Assembly: GCA_030141605.1 (NCBI GenBank)
Contig: JAQGDQ010000008.1
Coordinates: 1,550,001-1,614,000, forward strand
Direction: 5' to 3'
Length of the DNA stretch: 64,000 nt
DNA from: Tubiluchus corallicola
Lineage: Eukaryota > Animalia > Priapulida
In this document: one piece after another, positions 43,528-54,375 of the stretch
How the letters are laid out: the number at the start of each line of letters is the position of its first letter
Numbering within the stretch: position 1 is the stretch's first letter
Made by a program: the position numbers and the translations under genes
The notes under the pieces: generated by a model
The model's input: only the letters and a program-made list of their open reading frames with translations
What the model was told of the DNA's origin: nothing
Databases searched by the model: none

Positions 43528-45254
43528 CCCGTTACCTCCTGGGTCCTCACAAGGTGACTGTCTTGGTCAATTTGGCACTCTTTTACTAAGTAAGTGAATG
43601 TAGGGTCTACATGGCAAAATGCTGTATGTTACAACTTCATGAACAAGTTTACTCTGGCCACACTGAAACAAAGACTAATATAATAGTTGAACACCAACAA
43701 AGTGTGCATAGGATAATCATTACTAACTTTTGCACCCATTTAATATATTGTTAATGTATTACTTATTATGTACTCTGCTAGCTCTATGTCCCAGTGAAGT
43801 ATAATGCAACAGATTTACGGTTCGGATATTGTGTACTGCCAAGTTTCTTACGCTTACGTTAGAAGCTGATTGGTATAGTTTGGTTTTCTGACAAACCCAC
43901 GCAAAGGAAAACAATTGCAGCTTAGTGCCACAAAAATGTGTGATTTGAAGTGTTAAAGTGCTGGGCAGCCGTGAGCCCTGTAACTACTGGGTGATTCAGT
44001 TAACAGGCGGTAAATAGAACAGCAGAAATTTTCAGCATAAAGACAATGAATTTGAATTTAATTAAGGGTACATTAACCGATTTTGAAAAGTACTGACTTA
44101 TTTGTAATGTTCTGGTGACAAATACTTCAGTGTACCAAAGGACGTTGTTATTTCAGGACAGTTAGAGTAAAACAAAGCAAAAAAACTCAAAGAGTTTTCC
44201 AATTACTGTGAAGCAAAAAAATAAATGAAATTTATGTTTATATCTTAAAAACTCTACAATTTGTTTGTCAGCAAAAAACTTGCAAAAAATAATTGCAAAT
44301 GAGAGGTTCAGTTGCAACAGACTTGCAATGTTAGTTGCTAGTAAGACCAGGAACTTGTAGTAACACAATATAAGTCAGGGTCAAAATCCGTTTAAAAAAC
44401 ACCTATTACAAACCTTGCTCACTGTATGCTTTTACATTAGGTCCAAGTGAGTATGTAATGTTATATTTAATTGTATATTAAAAAGGAATATAGAGATATT
44501 CATTAATGAAACAGCCCCGTTGCCCGAGGATGGTTTGCAATTTCAAAAAAACACAGGAACATTGTGGTTGTAAATAAAGTCACGATGATTTTTGTCACTA
44601 AAAAGTTTGTGCTGCAATTAATATTAAGTCATAGATTCCCATTTGATAAATCAATTAATGAGACATTTTTGAGAAAACATACTTATAATATGGAAGGATA
44701 CTTGATGATGTAGTAAAATTAATAATCTGGCATGATCAATTATCACCACTGAAGTGACCTGTTAGGAAATAATGTTGATTTTATAACAACTTAAATGCCT
44801 AACATAATAGTGATGATGTTTTAAAACAAAGGAATACCTGTTCATCACATAACAGTTCAGTTTATTTATTATGCCTACATATTACTATTATTCAGTTATT
44901 TTGGTGCCAGCTCTCTTGGTCATGTAATAAATAGTGGCGGGTTTATATCAAAATTTACAGCGATTCCAATGCCGAATCCGGTTCTACTAGAAGTGTTGAT
45001 TAGCAATACTACTGTCGATGTCGACATCAAAAACACTGATGGATGCATATTTTACTGTAAACTTTCACTTTTCAGTTTGGAATGATTCACATTATGGCAG
45101 TATAAAAGGTACACTTGATTTTTTTTATTAAACTGAGTGAGGTTGCATATTTCAGGGAAACAACTGACTGCAGGTAGAGAATTCCACAGATAAAAAGTCA
45201 GTTAGAAAAACTGGATTAGTAGCTATTCTACATCTATCGATGTCCAGACTAAGA

Positions 45255-45900
45255 CTACGAGAAGCAAAAAAATAAGTACTATGAATGAATTGTCTGCATT
45301 TAGTCCTTAAAGCATAAAAAAACCATCCACTTACATAAAGCTTAAAAAATTCGTCTTGAAATTTTATACCACTTACATACTGCCTTTTTGCATACAGGAC
45401 TTGCATCGGCAGTAACACTGTATAAAACACGTAAATCTAAACACCAGCAACGACCGTTAGACGCAGCCATTTTGACGATAAGTCATTTGAAACTAGTTTA
45501 GATAACACTGAGTAAAGTTGAAAAAATGATCAGAGCATTCACGGCGCACACAAAGTAAAATTTTACTGTATCTTGTCAACAAGATTAAAAATACATTTTT
45601 TGGCTAGTCAGTGGTGCACCTGGAGAGTAAGACAGCAACATTTTACCAATTGGTGAAAGCATTTTAAATAATTAATAATTTTCTTTTCTAGTTACATAAG
45701 TTTTTCAAGCAGGTAAGCGAAATGCTAAATAACATAACTTTGCATGGAAAGTTCTTTGATACATACTATAACATTTCGTTTTCTTCACCTGATTTACGTT
45801 GCTCGTATATGACGTCATGTAAAATTGCTATAAAGTAATATGATTTTTTAAGGCAATTTTCCTGAAACCTACTTCAGGTACACCTTTTCTTATCATTTAA
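45255..45900. mobile_element. Dispersed repeat family D (Kolobok-like), copy upstream of AGXT2
   Basis: Closely colinear with 61880-62543 (taaagcttaaaaaatt..cttgaaattttatac..gcagccatttt..gaaacctacttcaggta..ccttttctt..tttaa). The left boundary is approximate. Confidence 0.7.
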
Positions 45901-46599
45901 TATGCAGCCAGAGGTCCAGAGGCATATTCCACAGACGTAGTGATCTACTGCAGAAGTATACCATTTTCAATTGCAACAAGACAATAAAGCAGTCCAAAGT
46001 CATTGGTAGTAAGTATTTAAAATCGTACACATTTAAGTATCTTTAAAAAAGTTTCAAATTTCTAGTCTTGAATGGTGGTTACTTGTTAGTTCTTGTAGTC
46101 TCTATCACTGTTTTAAACATTACAGAATCATTTTAAGAATTGAATGAAGCTCGAATACACTGCAACTGAGACAGAATCCGTAAAGGAAAACTGCAAATAC
46201 AATTATTACTTTCGCCACTCACCGTGTACAACCTAATTATTTTAATTATGCTAATGTTGTATGTATTACCTTGGATTTGATTCCCAGTGACCCAGACCCG
46301 ACCAATCGTGCAGACTGTGCGTACTACGTACAGTACCTTGTGACAGTATGGTAAGTCACCATCACCATACACAGGTCATTAAAGAAGTGATTTTCAGTTT
46401 CGTCTACGCCTAATCTAAGAGTCAAGGTACGCTTCTCGAAAAGACTCGTAGTGGCTTACTCATTGCAGATTTATCCAATCCAGTGGATTTGACAGAAACA
46501 ACAATCCAGAAACTCCAAATATTTCCATATGCTCTTGCCTTTTAGGTGGCAGGAAAATTCCTCATTCCAACTTATCAGCCACTCATTGATCACTCTTGT

Positions 46600-47510
46600 C
46601 CAACACATCAGTATTAAATACCGTGGATTACACATAGATAGTAATATGAAATGGCAAACTCGCATTTCTACAATAACAACTAAATTAAATAAAACGGCGG
46701 GTATTTTTGCAAAGCTTTGACACTTTACTAAAACAAATATTTGAAAATGTTCTACTTTGCCTTAGTGTATCCGTCCAATACGTCATGTTGTCGTGCTGGC
46801 AAACTAAGCGATACATATTGCAACCTTTAGTATCAGTACATAACAAAGTAGTTAAATTTATGATCTTTGCTAATCACAGAGACCATGCAACGCCATCTTA
46901 TTTACAGCTTAAAGTATTAAAAATCGGAAATTTCTACAAACTCGAACTATTCAAATTAATGAATAAATTCAATAACCGCCAATTACCTGAACATTGTACT
47001 AATTATTTTACTTTAATCCACAATGTTCATTCACACTACACAAGATCTTCCAGTAGGGGTCACTTTTAACCAGCACGATTAAATGCAACTTATGGTTTAA
47101 GTTCATTACAGCACAATGGAATTATATTACGGAACAACATGCCTCATAATATAACTTCCTCTCCTTCTGTAAAGGTAGCTTCTAATTTCTATAAAAAAAA
47201 TTTTAATCAGCAAATATTCTTTCGTGTAGAAGCTTTTGCTTTTTTATTTACGTGTGTCATTTGCACGAGTGTATTTTTTTACACATGTGACTTTACAATT
47301 TTATTTTTTGCTTACATAAATATAGAAAGCATATAAACTATATGGATTGGATTTATAACATTGCTATTAATTCTGCATTGGCTCAGCTAGATTATCTTGT
47401 CATTGCAGGCTGCCTAAGTAATTTACTAGTAAATGATCTTTTTAAGTAGTATCAATCGAAGTGCTCATATGGTATTTATCTAATTACTGTAGTTAAACCA
47501 AAAATAAAGT
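46600..47510 (+). pseudogene. Degenerate 3' end of a CR1/L2-group LINE (RT C-terminal region plus 3' UTR)
   Basis: Frameshifted peptides IKYRGLHIDSNMKW..I..ITTKLNKTAGIFAKL and NKVVKFM.FA..RDHATP.Y.QLKVLKI...YKLEL.KLM.K.....LP.....YF......HSHYTRSS are typical of the post-RT region of these LINEs. Ends near AATAAA. Confidence 0.8.
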
Positions 47511-47796
47511 CTCATTAACATTGGCTACAAATCTTCATAGTTGAAATTCTCTTGTTTGACTATTTTTTCAACTTTCATTTATCTTCCAAGCAATGCAAAT
47601 TAATTCTCAAATTACTACAGTTTCGTTCGATGCCACTTCTATTTAAAAGCTGCATAACCTGCTATAATTTTTGAGCATCAAGATGATATTTACAGGAAGG
47701 TAATTTTATATGTGCGCATCATCAAAATTTTTTAAACATATGTGTAGTGTGTACGTATTATGTATTGTCAAGGATATATAATTGCTGATTATAATA

Positions 47797-47875
47797 TATG
47801 TATGTGTGTGTATGTATATATACAGTCTATATATATATATATATGTGTGTGTATATGTGTGTATGTGCATATCTG

Positions 47876-47915
<40 letters not shown>

Positions 47916-47936
47916 CGTGTGCGTGTGCGTGTGCGT

Positions 47937-47980
<44 letters not shown>
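47797..47980. repeat. Compound (TA)/(TG)/(GTGCGT) microsatellite
   Basis: Directly visible; explains three spurious VC-rich ORFs. Confidence 0.95.
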
Positions 47981-47981
<1 letters not shown>

Positions 47982-48239
47982 AAATTGCTATGTGTAAACT
48001 AAGCATTTCCCATTACAAATATTAGTTATTTTCTAATATGTTCAATATTTTCTATCTCCTTAATAATTAGTTTTGTTTATTTAATACTATACAATAATTA
48101 GCCTTCTCTTATCATAGACATTACTGTCATTATCTTCTTCAGTTTTGCTTGTAAGTCGTCACAATAAATCATATCAAATTATGAACTAATTCAATTTAAA
48201 TTAATCCTCATTGTCTTGTTACATTAATATACAAATAAT

Positions 48240-48425
48240 AGTTATATAAATTTTACACAGGCCCCGTTAACTAATTATACCATCTAATATGTAAAGGGAG
48301 TGTATAAATGACCGCTTGGTCCTACACTCCCCTCACATAAACCAAATTTGCATATTTAGGTAATATTACTTTTGTAAGCGTATTCTGTTTTATGTGAAAT
48401 AAAAATATCATAGTTCATAGTTCAG
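48240..48425 (+). mobile_element. LINE-type 3' UTR remnant (stem-loop plus short tandem tail)
   Basis: Stem GGGAGTGTA (48296-48304)/TACACTCCC (48323-48331), a second pairing cacataaa/tttatgtg, AATAAA, then a (catagtt)n tail. Confidence 0.45.
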
Positions 48426-48799
48426 TCAGATTCTTATAACTCTGGACACTTGAAGTCTGCCAACAAAACGTTGTCTTTCTGTAATAGCTTAATTGGTGAA
48501 GTAAATAGTAATCCGGTTAAGTGAATGGCAGCAACTAGATCATCTGAACGGAGGCGTGCAAATTTACGTGTGCATTATTAAAGCGGTCTAGAGGAAGAGT
48601 ACAATAAAAGCGGGAAGAGGAGAGATACAGTAGGGTGGGAAGGAACCCAACCCATCACACGACAAAAGTGGATAGAGAATTTACTTTGCTAAACACTATA
48701 AATGGTTTGCAAAATGAACTATACTATAATTTTAGTATGCACAAGGACTACTGTGTGACATCACACTATTTTTCACTTCTAACTGCTGTCCTGTTTTGT

Positions 48800-49290
48800 T
48801 GCAATATTTTCTCATTGTGAACAAAATTGCATTTTGCTCCAATTAGACATATTTTACCTTCTTATAGTATTTGCATAATACTTTCACTTTTCCAAAGTTT
48901 ATGCCTAAATCTTTACGAACTCCAAAACAATTCACCATTCCCTCATGATATTACTGACAGATTTTAATTGCTTTACTTTTTCTCAACTTAACAGCATTCT
49001 CCTTTTCTTTCAGTTCTTTCTTCACATTATTAGCTTCTGTCTCTAAATTTTTCTTTAATTGGTTCATCACTTTTTTGTCAATTTTCCCTCTCTTCCACAT
49101 TTTTTCCATTTTCATCTTTGACTTTTCCACCTTGCTCTCAAGACCCTTAACATCTTTCTCCACTAACTTTATTAACTTTCTCCTTTTTAACACCCCCTTT
49201 TTCCTGTTTTTTTTTCAAATTCACCAACATCCATTCCCAGTTTTATTCAGACTTTGTATATTTTTGATTGCACAGTTTCAATATTTTAAA
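48800..49290 (-). pseudogene. Degenerate coiled-coil + CCCH-zinc-finger-like coding remnant (probably retroelement ORF1)
   Basis: A K/E-rich helical ORF (48951..49193) ends KICQ*; downstream frames give VLCKYY / EGKICL.GAKCNFVH (C-x-C-x5-C-x3-H pattern) broken by stops and frameshifts. Confidence 0.45.
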
Positions 49291-49525
49291 TAACATCCTC
49301 ACACTTTAGCGTAAGTATGTCAGTTACATATGCAACATATTCTGTACAAAACCCATGCGATGTGTTAAGAATTTTCAGACAAGTGGTCTTGTGCAAAAAC
49401 AGATTTTACATAACGGCTATAGATGTCGAATCCCTTGCTCGCTTTATTCTCGCACGTGTGTAGTTACTGTGGTTTGTTTTCCGACAATTATAGTTATACG
49501 TGTTACTTTTCATTTTCTCATCATT

Positions 49526-52390
49526 ATGTTTTTTAGAATTATATATGTCGCACCGCTGCTGGTTTTATGTCACACGTTCGTTGTCAATGCTGTTGACAAA
49601 GGAAATTTTAAGATATGCATGCAGAGCTCTTTTTGTAAACGAAACAGAGAATATAAACCGAGCATTTCTCCGTACAATGTTGTCATCGACAGCCTTTTGA
49701 TAAGACCTAACCATATTAGTTTTAACTTACTAAACTCGCAAAACAATATTTTGCTGACTGCTAAATTAGAAGCTTTAGAAGACCGAACTATTCGTTTTAA
49801 ATTGGATGAAGCAAATCCGATAAAAAAGCGTTACCAAGTGAAAGATGCTCTTGTCCGTGAACCAAAACTAGCTCCTTTAAGAGTTTTGGGTTCTCCGTCT
49901 CAGACCAGTGAAGTCATAGTTGCTGAACTTGATGGAGGAGTTTCTGTTAAAATAACTCCTAAGCCATTTAGGCTGGATGTTTATTCTGATGAAAATTTAA
50001 TAGTGAGTACTAATGCTCGAGGCCTGCTTAATGTCGAGCATTACAGGAAGAAAAAACCTATTGTATTCAAGGAAGACAGTGAACAACAGGAACATAACCC
50101 AGAAAGTGTTCATGAAGGAGCTGAAAATATTGATGAAAATGCACAACAGGAAGCACCAGACAGTCATGAAGATTCTGCAGCAGACGAGCCAGAGGCTGCT
50201 AGTATGTGGAATGAAATGTTTAAATCGCACCCTGACTCAAAACCTCATGGACCTTCTTCAGTTAGTTTGGATTTTTCCTTTATAAACTTTCAGCACATAT
50301 ATGGAATTCCAGAGCATGCAGACAGCTTTGCATTGAAAACGACTAAAAACTCTGATCCATACAGACTGTTTAATTTAGATGTTTTTGAATATGAATTGTA
50401 CAATACGATGGCATTGTATGGTTCAGTACCTTTGCTACTGTCACACAATGAGGAAAACACTGTTGGAATGTTCTGGCATAACGCTGCTGAAACATGGGTT
50501 GACATTTCTTCTGATGCTGTTGATAAAAATGTTGTGGGAAAACTTTTAGATTATGTAAAAGGTGGCGATGAAGTGCCGCAAATGGATGTCCACATATTCT
50601 CGGAAAGTGGTATCATTGATGTCTTTTATATGCTTGGTCCTAAACCTACAGACTTTTTCCGGCAGTATACTACGCTTACTGGTACAGGACCAGTCCCCCC
50701 TATTTGGTCACTCGGCTACCATCAATGCCGTTGGAATTATAATGACCAAGATGATGTAGCAAGAGTTCATGATGGCTTTGATGAGCATGACATTCCTGTA
50801 GATGTGATTTGGCTTGATATTGAACATACAGATGGGAAACGGTATTTTACCTGGGATCAACATAAATTTCCTAATCCAGAAGAAATGTTAGCAAATTTGA
50901 CCAGCCGAGGTAGAAAAATGGTTACAATTGTTGATCCTCACCTTAAGGAGGACAGTAATTTTGAGGTTTTTAAAGATGCACGTGACAGAGATTTGTTTGT
51001 GAAAGACAAAAATGGTAATAATTATCAAGGTTGGTGCTGGCCAGGAAATTCTATGTGGCCAGATTTTCTTAATCCTGCTGTTCAGGAATGGTGGGCTAGC
51101 AAGTTTAGCTATGATTCATACAGAGGTTCTACAAATGCATTGTTTACATGGAATGATATGAACGAGCCTTCGGTATTTAATGGTCCAGAAGTTACCATGC
51201 ACAAGGATGCTACTCATTTTGGTGGTTGGGAAAATAGAGATGTGCACAACCTGTATGGAATGCTTGTTCAAAAGGCTACCGCTCAAGGTTTGGTAGAAAG
51301 AACTGGTGGAAAAGAGCGCCCATTTGTTTTGTCCCGTGCATTTTATGCAGGTTCACAGCGGTATGGTGCCATTTGGACTGGAGACAATCTTGCAGACTGG
51401 GAACACCTAAAAATCTCTACACCAATGTTGTTGTCTCTCGGCGTTTCTGGTATATCATTCGTTGGCGCAGATGTTGGTGGCTTTTTTCGTAACCCTAGTG
51501 ATGAACTTATGGTAAGATGGTATCAGGCAGCTGCATTTCACCCATTTTTCCGTGCACATGCACACTTAGATACACCACGTCGTGAGCCTTGGGTTTATTC
51601 TAGTGACGAAAAACAACGTATAAGACATGCCATTCGTCAACGCTATGCTTTATTACAGTATTGGTACACTTTGTTTTATGAGCATTACAGAACGGGAGTT
51701 CCAGTCATGCGACCATTATGGGTAGAATTTCCTGGTGACACAATTACATTTACAATGGATAATGAATTTATGGTGGGGCCTGCACTACTTGTGTTTCCTG
51801 TGACAGAACCAGGTTTGACTAGAGCTAATGTGTACTTACCAGGGAGTAATGTCACTTGGTATGATTATGAAACATATGAAGCCATACAAGGAGGTGCCGA
51901 GCATGTGGCTTTGTTTAATGCAAACAGAATTCCTGTTTACCTTCGAGGTGGTACCATTATACCACGGAAAGATCGGGTACGCCGTGCTGCTTTATTGGGT
52001 CTTCATGATCCATATACTCTTATTATAGCATTAAATAATGAAGCTAAGCCTACAGCCAAAGGTGTTTTATATATTGATGATGGACATACATTCCACTATC
52101 AACAAGGTCATTTTATTTACAGAACTTTAACTTTCAGAGAAAACACTTTAATATCAAAATCTGAAAATATTGGTAGTGGACAATTTCACACAAAGTCATG
52201 GCTTGAGAGAGTCGTTATTCTTGGTTTAAAACTTCGACCACTTAGTGTTTGGCTAAAAATGAATGGTCAGGAAGATGTAAAGGTTAATAGTAGCTTTATA
52301 CAAAAGGGCCAAACGAATATTCTTGTTATTCGAAAACCTGGTGTAAATATTGGTGTAGATTGGAGTATAGAACTTGTGTATGCTCATTGA
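49526..52390 (+). CDS. GANAB: Neutral alpha-glucosidase AB / glucosidase II alpha subunit (GH31), single coding exon, 954 aa
   Basis: Signal peptide MFFRIIYVAPLLVLCHTFVVNA followed by VDKGNFK.C.QSSFCKRNR; YGIPEHAD; PYRLFNLDVFEY; YHQCRWNY; IWLDIEH; nucleophile WNDMNEPSVF; acid/base WTGDN; FFRAHAH; RKPGVNI. The ORF is open from 49355, but ATG 49526 gives the signal peptide. Confidence 0.96.
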   Translation: MFFRIIYVAPLLVLCHTFVVNAVDKGNFKICMQSSFCKRNREYKPSISPYNVVIDSLLIRPNHISFNLLNSQNNILLTAKLEALEDRTIRFKLDEANPIKKRYQVKDALVREPKLAPLRVLGSPSQTSEVIVAELDGGVSVKITPKPFRLDVYSDENLIVSTNARGLLNVEHYRKKKPIVFKEDSEQQEHNPESVHEGAENIDENAQQEAPDSHEDSAADEPEAASMWNEMFKSHPDSKPHGPSSVSLDFSFINFQHIYGIPEHADSFALKTTKNSDPYRLFNLDVFEYELYNTMALYGSVPLLLSHNEENTVGMFWHNAAETWVDISSDAVDKNVVGKLLDYVKGGDEVPQMDVHIFSESGIIDVFYMLGPKPTDFFRQYTTLTGTGPVPPIWSLGYHQCRWNYNDQDDVARVHDGFDEHDIPVDVIWLDIEHTDGKRYFTWDQHKFPNPEEMLANLTSRGRKMVTIVDPHLKEDSNFEVFKDARDRDLFVKDKNGNNYQGWCWPGNSMWPDFLNPAVQEWWASKFSYDSYRGSTNALFTWNDMNEPSVFNGPEVTMHKDATHFGGWENRDVHNLYGMLVQKATAQGLVERTGGKERPFVLSRAFYAGSQRYGAIWTGDNLADWEHLKISTPMLLSLGVSGISFVGADVGGFFRNPSDELMVRWYQAAAFHPFFRAHAHLDTPRREPWVYSSDEKQRIRHAIRQRYALLQYWYTLFYEHYRTGVPVMRPLWVEFPGDTITFTMDNEFMVGPALLVFPVTEPGLTRANVYLPGSNVTWYDYETYEAIQGGAEHVALFNANRIPVYLRGGTIIPRKDRVRRAALLGLHDPYTLIIALNNEAKPTAKGVLYIDDGHTFHYQQGHFIYRTLTFRENTLISKSENIGSGQFHTKSWLERVVILGLKLRPLSVWLKMNGQEDVKVNSSFIQKGQTNILVIRKPGVNIGVDWSIELVYAH

Positions 52391-54375
52391 ACTAATCTTC
52401 ACATTAGATAACAAACTCACGTGTGAGGAATTAGAAGAGAAAGGTTCGTTTCTAAATTAGCAAACACTTTTTTGGCACAAAGCCTGTACTTGATTTCTAG
52501 TACTCACAGAGTTACAATGTGTTCTTTGCTTGTTTCTGATTATTGATAATAAACAAACTAAATTTTTTGTGACACACCTAAGTATAGGTGCAGTGCACGA
52601 TCTTAAAATTTTTTGAAGCAACAGCAATGTCTGTAGTTAAAAATTTTTTCTTATGGTACCATCGAATTGCAACTCGCATAAATTATATACATCAGATGTG
52701 TGTAGGGAGTTAATAGCTTACAGACTACTACAGCCATAAATCTTTACCACCATATTTTTGTGGATGGCATCGTAGCATTTTAATTTACAAGTAAAGAAGC
52801 AGTTTGCTATTTTTGATGTGCTCTCTTATTTCTTCTGTTTTCTGATGTGTTTGAAGTGATGTCGTATACTTGCTAACGAAACGTGTTTTGGTAGTTTTTT
52901 TCACTGCATACTGTTTCATAAGTTTGCCTAATTATCTTCTGTTGTTCCTACAATTATTTTGTAATTACAAGTACATGTTTGTGATTTGCAAATAATATGA
53001 CTAATGTATTTGATTACTCACTTCTGATTTGTTACAGTTACTATTGAGTTCAACTTTTGTGATTGTTTAATAATTTCTATTGATATGTTCTAATTTGTGT
53101 TATTGATATTAATGTTGCACTCGGTAATACAGTGTTCTCCATTAAAAATATTTTATTATTTATATGTGCACACCGTGTTAACAATAGCCATCTGTGATGA
53201 CTTCTAACACTTGTCTTTTTCAGTTTTTAATAAACTACAGTTTAACGTCATTATATAGCGAACATGGTTTGTTTGTTACACACCGGTAATATGAACTCAC
53301 AAAAGAAGAACAAACTTTCATAATTCATTTAACTAGTATAATAGCTTTGAATGCAGCATGACAGTATTGTCACAATATTTTTTGCAAATGTTGGGACAAT
53401 ATGGAAGTGTGGACTTGCCGCAACATTGTCCTATATCCATATCGTCCCAATATTTACAAAAATATCGTCATAACATTGTGCAATATTTTTTGTGCTGCTG
53501 GGATGCTCATTTACTGCATATTGCTGACTGTTTATCATACCCCATTGCCTGTGTTACCATGTATTTATAAGTTTTTATTGCATACTTTACATATGCCAGC
53601 TGTTTGCAAATTTTATTTGCTGTTACATTTAACATGTCATTTCCAGTGTTGCAAAAATGTTGTTGGGTATGTAGCATGCTGACTTATTAAAATATGGTGT
53701 CGAAAGGTGAGTTTTGAATTAGTAAAACTTTAGGTGATTAAAATCGTGCCTGAAGTATAACCTCGTTCAGTGTTATTTTATGTTAATTAAATGTTTTTTT
53801 GCATCTTCATTATCGATTTCCATTAGGCATTGTCTCAATCATAATTTCTATTGTACTTATGTTAGTATAATCTTGTAATTAGTGATACGTTTTGTAATGA
53901 AACTAGTTGCTAGTATCATTCTTGTGTAAAATTACGCATCTTATCACTAGATGGCACCACGGTTGTGTGCGTGTATCAGCTATCAACCATGTTGTTCATT
54001 TTTTAGTTGATAAAGTGAGTTGCTTTTCATTCAACTTAATTACTGAGTTTACAGTTATATCTAATGACAACTCGTAACACGTTTGTTATTTAATTTAACT
54101 GTAAGTTCAGCCAAATTGTGATTTGCACGTGAATAATTAATCAAATCCGACAATGAATAAAATTTTTTAACTGATCAGTTGGCGCTTTAGTACTTCCGTA
54201 CATCGTTTGTTTACATTGCTCGTGATCACTAATCAGTCAATCATAAAGCTTCAGCAGAAACTAGTAAGCCAGAAACAGGAAAAGCAAGTGAGAGTGAGTG
54301 TGGAGACCTCTATGGTAGTTTTGTTTATTTTTGGCGAATTAATCACTTTCACGCATTTCACTTGTCGTTAGAACG

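Noticed and set aside
49355-49525. 57-codon N-terminal extension of the 1011-aa GANAB ORF
   Set aside because: No GH31 similarity; the signal peptide starts at ATG 49526, so this is most likely promoter/5' UTR that happens to be open.
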